This document shows, in pieces, positions 1 to 11,808 of a stretch of 64,000 bases of DNA. The position numbers were made by a program, and so were the translations under genes. The stretch is from Glaucostegus cemiculus (lineage: Eukaryota), in contig CDPCPM010000354.1 in NCBI GenBank assembly GCA_976551045.1, forward strand, positions 6,572,001 through 6,636,000, given 5' to 3'. How positions within the stretch are numbered: position 1 is the first letter of the stretch; each line of letters opens with the position of its first letter. A model generated the notes under the pieces. That model saw only the letters and a program-made list of their open reading frames with translations, was not told the origin of the DNA and did not search any database.

Positions 1-598
1 GGTGTACAGAGAGTTGGTAGGCAGGTGAAGCTCTAGGGGAGAGTCCCAATGTCTCCCTGACAGAATTCCTACCTGCAGGGAATGATAAAAATGTCTTCAG
101 TATTACAACTGGCAAGCCATTAGCTCCTGTGAATGATCTTTCTTTCAGAAGGAGCTAATGGCATCATTAACCCATGTAAATATCCCACTAACTTGTCCTG
201 AGTGATTTCCGTGTAGCAGTCTCACTGCAATCTGTCATGGAATTGCATGAACGAGGGGTAGGTAGACTGTTCAAGAGCCAGGTTTCCTGTACCTGGTGTT
301 GCTCCATGTCTCGTTGTACCATTGTAGCAGAGTGTTCACTGTGTGTGGCTCAGGCTAAGTCTGTGTAGCCAGTGGGAGTAAAGGTTAGCTGTTCGTTAAA
401 GCCAGCTTTCAGCAAAGCAGACTTGAGGGACCTGGTAACATATTCTTGCTCCTGCTCCTTGTGTTCTTGTAGAATCTTCATAGAAATCAATGCGCCTTAG
501 ATTATGTTGCAGATTCCGAAGGGTGATTCCTTGTATTGTGCCAGGAATCCCAGGAAGATTCAGCTTCACCACTACGTTCTGTAAAGAACATGGAGATG

Positions 599-952
599 AG
601 GTGGCACAGTGGCACATCTAGTAGAGCCTAGTAGCTGCCGAGACCTGGGTTCAGTCCCAACATCCAGTGCTGTCTGTGTAGAGTTTGCATGTTCTCCCTG
701 TGACCACGTAGGCTTCCCCCAGTGCTCTAGTTTCCACCCACATCCCAAAGATGTGCGAGTTGATAGATTGACTGGCGAGTATAAATTGTCCTTTGTGTGT
801 AGGTGAACGGTAGAATCTGGGGGAGTTGATGGGAACATGAGGAGAGCAAGATAGGATTAGTGTATAGTTAGTGTAAATTTATATTTGATGGTCAGTAAGG
901 ACTAGATAGGCAGAAGGGCCTGTTTCCCTGCTGTATGACTCCATGTTTCTAT
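599..952 (+). mobile_element. HE1-like tRNA-derived V-SINE with CR1/HER1-type 3' tail
   Basis: A-box-like GGTGGCACAGTGG, B-box-like GGTTCAGTCC, V-domain (gtctgtgtagagtttgcatgttctccctgtgacc...cccacatcccaaagatgtgc), tail gaagggcctgtttccctgctgtatgactccatg shared with CR1 3' ends in this window. Confidence 0.85.
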
Positions 953-1004
953 CACACAGATGACTGAGGAAAAACTTCCACCCCTTTGAGTTTACTTTTC
1001 CCCA

Positions 1005-1195
1005 TGTGATTAGGTCGATTAATTGCCTATCGTAAATTGTCCCTATTGTGTCAGTGAATGGTGGGATCTTGGGGGTGGGGTGGTGTTGATCAGAATGTGG
1101 GGAGAATAAAATGTGTTTAATGTAAATAGATGCTTAATGGTTGGCATGGTCAAGGTGGGCCAAAGGGCCTGTTTCCATGCTGTAAGATTCTGTGT
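1005..1195 (+). mobile_element. 3' half of HE1-like SINE
   Basis: gtaaattgtccct...gggccaaagggcctgtttccatgctgta matches the 3' half of the 599-952 copy. Confidence 0.7.
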
Positions 1196-2677
1196 GATGA
1201 CACACAGAGGTCTGGCACTTGCTGGAAGCTCAGACTGGAAGCTCACCAGGATTCAACCGCTAATCTGGCCACTTCAGAAGAAGCAATGTGATCGAGATGG
1301 AAATGAACCCATTTGACTTCATTCTGGAAATCAGATTTTTCTTCAACCCAACTTGCTACGTTATTCAAAAATCAGTAAAGGATGTGCAGGTTCAGTAGCG
1401 CCAGCACAATTGCAAACTTTGAAAATAGTGCAGGGCTACGGCTATTTAAAGGTTTAAGTTTCGATGGACGAGAACGGAAATTATTAGTGAGACATGAAAG
1501 GCTTCTGGAGACCTAGTGTCTGTTTCACAGGGAATAACCTGTGGCCCAGAGATCATGCAGTGAAGGACAGAAATGATTGAAAGGTTGATGGGCAGGGCAC
1601 CACTATCCTCTCAGTCCCAGTCTGAAGAGAAACCATGGTGTTGTTGTGGGAGATAGGTCAGTGGAACAGTCACAGAAACAGCTAGCAACTTAGATATTTC
1701 AATTTCAAATGATCCTAAAGTTCCGTTTGCATTTATCTGAGAACTGAGTATATGTCAGGGTGATGGGGTCTTGGTGCCGGACTGCTAATGATGGGTGGAT
1801 GCAATGATTTGCAATTCTGTCTGTCTGTTAGACTTGGCGTCTATTCCAAGTCACAGAAAGGATTGTTACTGAGTCTCACATAATGGGCACCAATTTACAT
1901 AAACATTTGGACAATTTTCACTGAACTTACAGTCAAGAACTGACCTGTGATGGAAAAGTCAGGGTTTCTCTTTCCTCTTCGTGCCTGCAATCAAAGAGGA
2001 TTCACAGTTCAGTCTGAGTGCCCTGATTCGCTGAGTATATAGGATTTGGATGTTTGATTGCCATTTTTGGTGCCGTCCTAGACTAGCAATTTACATATGT
2101 GTAAAGCGTGAATTAATAAACAGGGAACATCTTAAACCATAGTCAGGTTTAATTGTCAGAGTAGCTATGCATTTACCCTGATTTTGCTGTGAGCCATTTA
2201 ATAGACTATAGTTCATTTCTGTTGGACCCTTCAATCATTGATCTGCATCTATGCTCTTGATTGAGGTAGATACTGAGCTTGTTCAATCTTTCCAAGTTGC
2301 ATCACATCAGATTTTGAGGAGCACCGTGGCTCAAAACTTAACCCTAATTAACTTGCCAAATCTCCTGTTGTAATCTCACATCCGGATTGTGGAGTCTGTG
2401 TTTGATTCGTCGGTGACCGGGGCCTTTTCTGCAGTGGAGACTTCTGCTCATTAATCTTGAACCTGTGCTGCTGTACTTCAAGCTCTGGCAGACCCCCTTC
2501 TCCTGCTCATTACTCTGAGGGTCACTTATTCCATCCTCCCATAATCCTCAAATTTGGTGACTGCTAATGACGGATGTCAGGGTAGCGGAAGAACAGGAGC
2601 AACCTTCCCTGCTGATGTAAGTGGAGGGAGGGTGTGTGCTCTGTGCCATTTCTTTTGCCTTGTTTTGGCCTGGCTGT

Positions 2678-2793
2678 AAAAACAAGATGCTAGAGGAACT
2701 GTTAAAAACTTTTCTCCATGGATGCTGCCTGGCCTGCTGAGTTCTTCCAGCATCTTGTTGTTTTTTCCACCAGGATTCCAGTCCTTTGTTTCT
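2678..2793. mobile_element. Short fold-back Penelope terminal-repeat derivative
   Basis: aaaaacaagatgctagaggaact followed by the inverted ...gagttcttccagcatcttgttgttttt...ggattccagtcctttgtttc; similar to the termini at 59533 and 61232. Confidence 0.65.
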
Positions 2794-3588
2794 CTTGGCC
2801 TGGCTGTGTTTTGTTGTAAAACAAGGACTTGGCATTCATGCTTTATTCTTCTAACCTCTTCTTGTGGAGGTTAGTTCTCCATCTGTTTGAAAGTCTGAGT
2901 GGCCAGTCAAACAACGAACGATGTTGCAGAGAGACTGAAAATACATAATTCATGAACACAAGGGTGTCACTGCAGCACCAGAGGGGGACCAGCCACCCAG
3001 GCCAGGATCATGGAGCAGTTGATGCATTCAATTCCCTTTCCTCGATGGGACATGTCCACCTCCATACACCGACTAACTTCTGAGGTCTACAGACTGAGCC
3101 ACTGCTGCGTTCACTCACCGCTGTGGTCATGCACATTCTGAATGAATCATGTTCAGAATCCTATCTCACTGGACAAAGCATCCAGGACCTGTGTGGTGAG
3201 GTTCTGAACAGCTGTCGGACCTTGCAGGCTGTAATCCTGACAAATCCATCCATCAAAACAGCAGAAAAGTTATTTTGACACCAAAATCATGACCTCATTT
3301 GCTGATTTTTAAGCTTGCTGTCTTTTAGAATGTCGTTGAATGTGCCTAACAGTCAGGAGCATTGACAATCTTGTAACAATCGAATTAACAAGTACAGAGT
3401 AAAAAAAACTATTAAAATTTTAGAGGTATAAAGCAAACCACTCCAAACACTTGACGTATGTTTAAATATCTGAGCACATTAAAGGAAATATAAATAGTTA
3501 GCAAAATGTACTTAACTAATTCCTATCATTCCTTCTTGTAAGCTTAAAATCTCCAATCATATGAAAGTGCTGATGGGTCCTTGGGCAG

Positions 3589-4100
3589 ATCAGAATCAGA
3601 ATCAGAATCAGTTTTTATTGTCACAACCATATACATATATAGTATGCATAGGAGCGAGATACCGTCCTCCTCAGGAGCTCGTCCCATAAAATAACATAAC
3701 AACCAAAAGAGACACACATACACACTTGACAGAATAAACATTACAAAACATTAGACATTAAAAGCTACGGAAGTTAAAATTAAAGTACGCAGATTAAATT
3801 AAAAATAGCCGGTAAATAAATAAATAGTTATTAAAGTGAACGGGCTGGTGTCGGGCATTTAAAGTGCTGGTGCATTTCTGTGCACCTAGCATCTCTTAGT
3901 GTTAACAAAGGAAGATGGAGGGATGAGAGAGTTTGCAGTTCTGATGGCTTGCGGAAAGAAGCTATTGTTCAGCCTGGACGTTCTTGCCCTGATACATTTA
4001 AGCCTCCTCCCTGATGGCAAAATTGTGAAGAGGTGGTGGGAGGGGTGAGAAGGGTCTCACTGGCAGTGTGTCCTGCCCACAGAGTCCTCTGCTTAAGTGT
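3589..4100 (-). mobile_element. Rex1/Babar LINE 3' end with (TCTGAT)n tail
   Basis: Minus strand translates DPSHPSHHLFTILPSGRRLKCIRARTSRLNNSFFPQAIR (C-terminus typical of the Rex1/Babar RT ORF), then a 3'UTR ending gtgacaataaaaac(tgattc)n. Confidence 0.85.
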
Positions 4101-4707
4101 GAGTTGGTTCACCTTCTGCCACTGAATTCCATGGGGACATAATACCCAGGGAGAAAAACTCCTCTCCTGGCAAGATTTGGCAGCACCTTGCACCTCATCA
4201 CTGATGCTGAATGTTTGTCAAAAGGGAAGCCACATTGCTATAAATCAAATCATTAGCAATGTAGACTGATGCATTGTCTGCTGGTCAATAACAGACAGTT
4301 TAACTTCCTATAATTCGATTTTGTACAAAGTGGATCAATAATGTAATTTGCTCACCAATACCTTTGAGTGCTTAGGAGGAAAGTGCATGTTACTGTATAA
4401 TTACAGGAAGCAAATATTTATGAACTGATTCTTTGAACACTTTAATGAAGTGCTGTCTTCCTTTGATTTTACTTTTATTGACATTTCGCTCCCATTCCAA
4501 ATCCATTGGGGTAGATCTCAACCATGAAACATTGTAAAATTGCTCATAATTAGCCTGCATCCAGTGCCAGGCCTTTCCGGATTAATTAAAAAAATGATGT
4601 GCAACAGGTGGTGTTAAGAGGCCAAGATTCATCCCATTGGCTTTGCAGGTGTTGGTCACTCATTGAGTGACTTGTGAGGGGGTTTCATTCGTCGGTACTG
4701 CTGTTGT

Positions 4708-5605
4708 CAGAGTCACACAGCACAGAAACAGGCCTTTTGCCCCAACTTGTCCATGTCAGCTGTGTCGCCCAGTGAGCTAGTTCCATCTGCCACGTTTGAT
4801 CCATAGCCCTCGAAACCTCTCCTATCCATGTACTTATCTGGATGGCTTTTAATGTTGCTAATGTGCCCGCCTCAGCCACTATTTCTGGCAGCTCATTCCA
4901 AATACGCACCATCCTTTGTGTCCTTTGTGTGAAGAAGCTGCCCCTGATGTCCCTTTTAAATCTCTCACCTCTGACCTTAAATCTACGCCCTCTTGTTTTC
5001 AGCTCCCCCTCCCTGGGAAAAAGACTATGCGTTTTCACCCTGTCCATTCCCCTCATGATCTTATACATCTCTATCAGGTCACCCCTCAATCTCCGACATT
5101 CCAAAGAATAAAGTCCTAGACTACACAACCTCTCCTTGTAATTCAGCTCCCCCCAAGTCCAGGCAACATCCTGGTAAATCTTTTCTGCACTCTTTCTAGT
5201 TTAGCGTAATGCTATTACAGCACGAGCGACCCAGGTTCAATTCTGGATGCTGTCTGTTAGGAGTTTGTACCTTCTCCCCGTGTCTGTGTGGGTTTCCTCC
5301 GGGTGCTCTGGTTTCCTCCCACATTCCAAAGACATACGAGTGAGGAAGTTGTGGGCATGCTATGTTGACACTGGAAGCATGGCAACACTTGCGGGCTGCC
5401 CCCAGAACACTCCACACAAAAGATTCATTTCACTGTGTGTTTCTATGTATATGTGTCTAATAAAGATATCTTTTCTATAACAGGGTGACCAAAACTGTAC
5501 ACAGTACTCCAAGTGCAGCCTCACCAATGCCTTATATAACTGCAACGTAAGTCCCAACTCCTACACTCAGTGCACAGAATGATGAAGGCCGGTGCGCCAA
5601 ACACT
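4708..5605 (-). mobile_element. CR1 (HER1-like) LINE 3' fragment, interrupted by a SINE at 5197-5471
   Basis: ORFs LYKALVRLHLEYCVQFWSPCYRKD (5360-5557) and LGLYSLECRRLRGDLIEMYKIMRG...FFTQR..VRIWNELP (4685-5128) are the CR1 ORF2 C-terminus. Confidence 0.92.
5197..5471 (+). mobile_element. V-SINE, second family (Rex1/Babar-like tail), 5'-truncated
   Basis: B-box GGTTCAATTC, V-domain, unique segment ggaagttgtgggcatgctatgttg, tail catttcactgtgtgtttctatgtatatgtgtctaataaagatatctt. Confidence 0.85.
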
Positions 5606-6009
5606 GTTGTTTTGCACTGGCAAACAATTAAATTAAAAATTTTTACAGCTGAACCCTGTTCTGGCTTTGCTGGTCTCCAAACACATGTTTTCCTTCAAGT
5701 ATCAGGAATCAGACAGATTTTAGAATACCCACTTCTAATTACTGTGCATGAATCTCAATGCAAGTAATCAAACTTAGATTAATGCCTTCATGGTTTTAAT
5801 GTAGCAATTGTTCCCAGCAAGGTGCCATGGTCACCATTACTCCCTGACTCTATAAACTAAATATCTTTAGCAATATTGAGTGTTTTGAGCAATTTCTGTT
5901 TTTATTTCAGATTTCCAACATCTGCAGTTATTTGATTTTCAATCACTTGTGTAAATGTGTTTATTGCTCTCCAGAGACTGTCAAATTTAAGTTCCTACGC
6001 AAGCTCCTG

Positions 6010-6140
6010 AATGGCACTTTTCAAAGAAGAATATGGTACTAGATCCCCACGCCGTGGCCAATATTTACTCCTCAACCAAAATACAGATCATCTGCTTCTT
6101 ATCTCGGTGATGAATTTCATTACATTACAACAATAAATAA
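6010..6140 (+). mobile_element. Old SacSINE1/DeuSINE-like fragment
   Basis: atggcacttttcaaagaaga...tggccaatatttactcctcaacc...cagatcatctg resembles the Deu-domain as I recall it; same family as 49972-50390. Confidence 0.55.
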
Positions 6141-6684
6141 CAGAGGGAGATTGGAATCACGAAAAGAGTTTTAGTGAAGACTGACCTTGTTGGCTATACC
6201 TCCTTACTGAACCCTTCCAAGGCTGCTCACCATTTCCCTTAAATCTGGTTGTGAAACACTTTGGGAAGCTTCCTCGCCTAAATCCAGGTTGTTGTTGCTA
6301 ATGTTCACAGTAACCCTTTGGGATTTCCTTGCTGAAATAATGTTCTGGGCCTTGACTCTTTTAGTCTGTTGGTCAGTTCAATAAAATCAAAAGACATTGC
6401 AGTGTACAGATACAGTGTCAAAAACGAAGTCAAAACACACACAAACAAAACTCCCTCCAACTCACTGGAGCCCTTGTTCCTGCCCTCACTTCAGATTCAC
6501 CGAGACCCCATTTCCCCATGTACCAGGACCCCGTATCCCGTGCCCTGGGTTCTGGTAACTCACAATATCATTGTCTACATTTAATAGAAGTGAGCTGAGT
6601 GTGAATTAAGGGGATACCGATGGGAATCACATCCAACAGTTCAGAAGATCAGTGGGTCTGGATCCACCCAAGTTTTTCTGCTGA

Positions 6685-7066
6685 TTCTTTGGAGTTTTGA
6701 AGGTGTCATCTTATTGAAACGTATAAGATTCCAAGGGGGCAAGATGGGGTAGTTGTCGAGATATTTCACCAGAGGGAGAATTTCAAATGAGGGGACATAG
6801 TTCCAAGATTAGGAGACAGTCATTTAAAACTGAGGTGCGTAGACTTTCCTGCACGCGGTGGTAAATCTCTGGAATTCTCTCCCCCAGTGGGTGGGGCAGA
6901 CTGTGGCTCTGCAGGGATTTAAGGAAGTGGATAACATTTTGAAAGATCAGGGGACGATGGGAAACTGGAAGGGAAGAGGAGTTGAGGCCAGCAGGGATCA
7001 GCCATGATCATGTTGAATGGAAGGGTGGGTTTGAGGGGCCGAGTGGCCTACTCCTGCTCTTATATT
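6685..7066 (+). mobile_element. CR1 LINE 3' end (diverged)
   Basis: gtcatcttattgaaacgtataagatt...gtggtaaatctctggaattctct...gatcagccatgatcatgttgaatgg...gaggggccgagtggcctactcctgctc is a CR1 ORF2 end plus 3'UTR. Confidence 0.8.
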
Positions 7067-8641
7067 CTCAAGAACCAGGGTGGGGGGGGCAGTGACTATT
7101 GAGGTGGTGAAGACAGAAACAGTCAGGGCTTTAAAGAGGGAACTGGGTCAATACTTGAGGGAAAATAACCTTAGAGTTATAGGAAAAGGATGGGGCAATG
7201 TACTGACCAGATAGTTATTAACATGATTAGCTGCAACAATTCTTTTGTTATGTAACTGTTGTATTAAGTGGTGTGCGGAATTTTTGTTTTCTTGACCATC
7301 CAGCCAAATTTCCTCCAAGTGTTTTGAATGCGATTGGAAGTATTGTAAAGGGAAGTCTGCATTTCCATGAGATGCAGTATACGGAGATGATGCCAGATTT
7401 ATCACCTAGAATATTCTGAATAAATGCCAGTTCATTATAAACCACTTCACTGTATATACTGAACACCAATTAGATTAGCCACAGCTAAACTAGCAACGCT
7501 GAGGAGATAGGGCAAGAAGGTTCTCTGTTCATGCATGCATTTTATTGAATTTTGAGAAAATTGTATCAACTTTCAAAAATACATAAAGCTCTGGATTTTA
7601 ATACCAATGAGAACTTTGTAATCTGTACAAACACAGCCTAGGAGTAAATGCAAATTAGTTGTAACGTTTTTAATTTTGGTAAAAGACAATTATGGCTTGC
7701 AGGACATGTTTCTTCATCTATTGGATTTCAAGGAATAGATAATACGGACACTGGATGTGGTAATTAGCAGAAGGTGTGTACCGGGCAGAATCTATACAGA
7801 TTTTAACAGAAACTTTGGATCAACTTTTATAATGTTATCTGAAATTTTCATGCATCCATCTCACCTTAATTGCTAAGTCACTAAGGAATAATACATATAA
7901 GCATAGTATGATCTAATGTATATGTGATATTGATAATGATATTTCATTTGCCAATAATTGTGACATGATATATTTAATATTTCTGCAATCTAAATATCAT
8001 AATCACATTTACTTTGCAACAATTTTATTTATCTTTATTTAATATTATTGGTAATTATCCTCTATTATTATGTCAGCCAGTAATACTCTGCTATTTTTGG
8101 TAATAATACTGTGATAAAACCTTACTTTGCAGAAAAACACCACTATAGTTATGCAGAAGTATTCCTGAAACAAATAATAAAGTCATATTTACATATTTGA
8201 AACTTCACCGTTTATTATCCCCAATTGAAGACTGAACTCTGTGTAATCACAATTGTTTTTGACATCACTCAGATTTCTGTTTGTAATGTTTTATTCTGGA
8301 TTTAAAATATGACTAATCCACTCTGTCTTCTATTTAATTTATTGACTCTCATACTACCTTAGGTAAAGATGGATGGCTAAACTTCTAGCACATCAAATAT
8401 ATATGATGGTGTTTCCTATATTACAAACAGTGACTACAATTTGAAAATATTTGTTGGTTGGTTGTGAATGGAACATGAAAGGGGCCGTTAAATGTTAGAC
8501 TTTGGTACCTCTCTTCTGTAGACTCCGCATTTGGTAAGTTTGAGCTCATTGTAGCTTTAGTCTACATTAAATCTGGACAATGAATTAATGATGCTTTCCT
8601 GTAACTGGTCCCATGCAGTTATTCATAGAACCATGAAATTA

Positions 8642-9043
8642 GAGTCATAGTCAAAGAGAGATACAGCACGGAAGCAGGTCCTTTGACCCACCAAGTTCAC
8701 ATCCATCATCAACCACCCATTCATACTAATCATACATTAATCCCCTTTATTTATTTTTCACACCTTCTCATCAACTCCCTCCCCAAAATTCCATGACACA
8801 CCTACACTGGGAACAATCTACAGCAGCCAATTAACCTACCAGCCAGCACATCTTTGGTATGTGGGCGGAAACTGGAGCACGTGGAAGAAATGCACATGGT
8901 CACAGGGAGAACGTGCAAAGTCCATGCAGACAAGTGGAGTATTGTGTTGAGTGTGTACTGAATGTATTGAATTCAGTGCCCAAGGTCAGCATTGAACCCA
9001 GATCTCTGGTGCTGTGAGGTAGCAACTCTACCTGCTGCACCAC
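8642..9043 (-). mobile_element. HE1-like V-SINE
   Basis: Reverse complement has the head (gtggtgcagcaggtagagttgctacctcacagcaccagagatctgggttcaatgc), V-domain and CR1-type tail; includes a ~40-bp internal insertion. Confidence 0.8.
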
Positions 9044-10547
9044 TTTGAATGAGACAACTCACCCAATGGGTTTATGCCAGTTTCTTGCTCTTCAGTCCCT
9101 TTCTTATGCACTTTCCCCATGGCCCTACAAATGATTCCCTTTCGAACACTTGTCCAAGTCCCCTCCGAAGGTGTTGATTGGCACTTTTCCCACAGCCCCA
9201 CACATCTTAACTTCTCTCTGAGAAAATAAGTATTCACATTCTCCTGTTTCTTTTGATCGATCTTTAAAATGTGTCCTCTGGCTTATGAGACATCCGTTTA
9301 TGGTAACAGATCCCTCTATCTATGCGATATAATGAGTCCTAACCTTGTGCACCTCTGCCAGATCTCCCCTTTATTCCTTAGAGAGCAACCCCTTTCTTGC
9401 TCAGCTTTGCTTCCTCATCTCTGGAACCATTTTGGTGTTTGTCTGGCTCTGGTAGACCAACCAATTGCATTGTCACTTACTGGGAGGCAGTTGCTGTCTC
9501 CCAGCTACGTTGCGCATCTTTACATTTGGAAAGGAAAATGGACCTTGCACACTCTGATTCACAGAGTGGAATGCATGGTGTAGGTTATAAAAACAGCATC
9601 ACACTAAATTTGTTATTTCCTATTGCCTGGGAAGTAAGTGCAACACATTTCTATCTTTAGTCCCTTCAAAGGAACTGCCAGGCTCCCATTTACATTATTT
9701 TTGGATGTGGTTTGGAAAGGTTATTGCTTTCCTTAAGAGGTTAAACTCACAGTCTTCAGGGTCTGCTTTAAGACAGCTTCAGTTTGTTTCAAATTATCAT
9801 CAGACATTCTGTCAGAGTGACCCAGGTGAGAAACACAATTGCAAATCGCTCTAACCAAGAGAACAGAAAGGCCTCATCTTTTTGGAAACATCAAAGCCTA
9901 TTTAATGCTTTACATAATCTGCAAGTAAAGAGATGTTTATTTCTTTCTAAAAATCTGATTAATTGCTTGGAGGCTGTTTTCCAAAGGATTAGCTCACCCG
10001 CATTAATTAACAAAAACGGTAGCATTTAAAATATGAGGATGTCATCATTTGAATGTCCGTTGCTACATAATTGATCTCTCTGCCTAAACCATAATCTCTC
10101 ACTTGTGTAGCAGTACAACATTTTCTGCAAATCTTCGATAGTCAGAATTATTTTATCCTTGTGCACATTGAGTGTTGAACATCCGCTGCTTGCCATGTTG
10201 CTATTCTTCACATAAAACCTTCAAAAGCAAAGCTCAGTCAATTATGACCTTGCATCTTATAAAGGGCAGTGGTTCTCTTGTAAAGGACAACAGTTTCCTT
10301 ATGACCCTATTGAAAGCAAATGCAAAGGAAATTCAGATCATTCTCTGAGGGAAAGGATCAAGTCAATTGTGTGTTCTCAAGAGTGTCTGATGAAAATCAT
10401 ATAATTTCATTATTTTTGCATATACTCAGTAAGATTATATTGAATAAGTCATTAGCTCGCTCAAGCCAATTGAAGATGTGAACTATGTTTTCTGTTTCTA
10501 ATTAATTCATCTTTGCAGTGGATCTGATGCCAAAATGCAAATATTCA

Positions 10548-10868
10548 GGTGGCACATCAGAGCTGCTGCCTCACAGCTTTAACGATCTTGGTTCAATCCT
10601 GATATCCGGTGCTGCCTGTACTCCCTGTGACCACATGGGTGCTCCAGTTTCTACTACATCCAAACAATGCTTGGGTTGGCAGGCTGCTGTGGATTGCCAG
10701 TAGTGTGTAGAAGAGCAGTGGTATCTTGGGGGGGGGGCTTGATGGAAATGTGGGGAGAGTAAAATGGGTTAGGATAGGATTAGTGTGAACGTGGGTGCTT
10801 GATAATCGTCATGGACGTGGTGCGATGAAGTGCCTATCTCTGTGCTGCAGCTTTCTCCGTGACCCTAT
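10548..10868 (+). mobile_element. Degenerate HE1-like SINE
   Basis: ggtggcac..gagctgctgcctcacagc..ggttcaatcctga..ctccctgtgaccacatgggt..aatgtggggagagtaaaatgggtt. Confidence 0.7.
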
Positions 10869-11165
10869 AGACAATGGCAGATCTCTTTTCCAGCGGCTGT
10901 TAATAAATACCTGGTCACCTCAAGAAATAACTTTCTTCAGTCTGGAGAAACGATGGAGACAACAATGTTCCTGGTTAGATCTTCGGTAAAACAGACATGA
11001 ACTGGGACTTCAAGGATGCTGTTTATTATCTCGGTGGTTTGGGGCTTAAAACCTTCAGAGACTTCAAAAGGATAAGCAATAAAGGAGGACTAGGCCATTC
11101 GGCCTGTTGTACTCTGCTATCCTATATCATGGCTGATTTTATTTTACTTCAGCATTCCCTTCCGG

Positions 11166-11556
11166 AACTCAGAATCAGGTTATTATCACCAACTTAGATA
11201 ACATGATATTTGTTGTTTTTCAGCAACAGTACAGTACAAAGACATAAAATTACTATAAATTACAAAATAAATAAATAGTGCAAACAAAGGAATAACGAAG
11301 CAGTGTTCATGGGTTCATGGACCGTTCAGAAATCTGATGGTGGAGGGGAAGAAGCTGTTCCTGAACCACTCAGTGTGGGTCTTCAGGCTCCTGTACCTCC
11401 CCCCCGATCGTAGTAACGAGAAGAGGGCAGGCCCTGGATGGTGAGGGTCCTTAGTGAAGGATGCCGCCTTCTTAAGACACCGTCTCTTGAAGATGTCCTT
11501 GATGGTGGGGAGGGTTGTGCCCATGATGTAGCTGGCTAACCTACAACCCTCTGCAG
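11166..11556 (-). mobile_element. Rex1/Babar LINE 3' end
   Basis: ORF 11315-11566 GTTLPTIKDIFKRRCLKKAASFTKDPHHPGPALFSLLRSGGRYRSLKTHT...FRNSFFPSTIRFLN; tail ...aataaacctgattctga. It lies between CR1 3'UTR pieces (about 11065-11160 and 11820-12035). Confidence 0.9.
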
Positions 11557-11589
11557 TTAAACCCATATGCTTTGATTTTTTTAAGATTT

Positions 11590-11808
11590 AAAATACCTTT
11601 ATCAGTCACATGTACATTGAAACACACAGTGATATGCATCTTTTGCGCAGAGTGTTCTGGGGCCAGCCTGCAAGTGCCGCCACACTTCTGGCGCCAACAC
11701 AGCATGCCCACAACTTCCTAACCCGTACATCTCTGGAATGTGGGAGGAAACCGGAGCACCCGGAGGAAACCCACGCAGACACAGGGAGAACAAATAAACT
11801 CCTTACAG
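11590..11808 (-). mobile_element. V-SINE, second family, 5'-truncated
   Basis: Reverse complement is near-identical to the 5197-5471 and 40493-40797 copies. Confidence 0.88.

Noticed and set aside
2972-2992. CTCF-like motif gcagcaccagagggggacc
   Set aside because: Partial match only; it cannot be supported without motif scoring or ChIP data.
3589-3611. Telomere-like or CRISPR-like repeat
   Set aside because: (TCAGAA)n is the reverse of a LINE tail; there is no repeat-spacer array in the window.
9542-9579. Small hairpin CACTCTG/CAGAGTG with bulged extension
   Set aside because: A 7-bp core stem is expected by chance in 64 kb.
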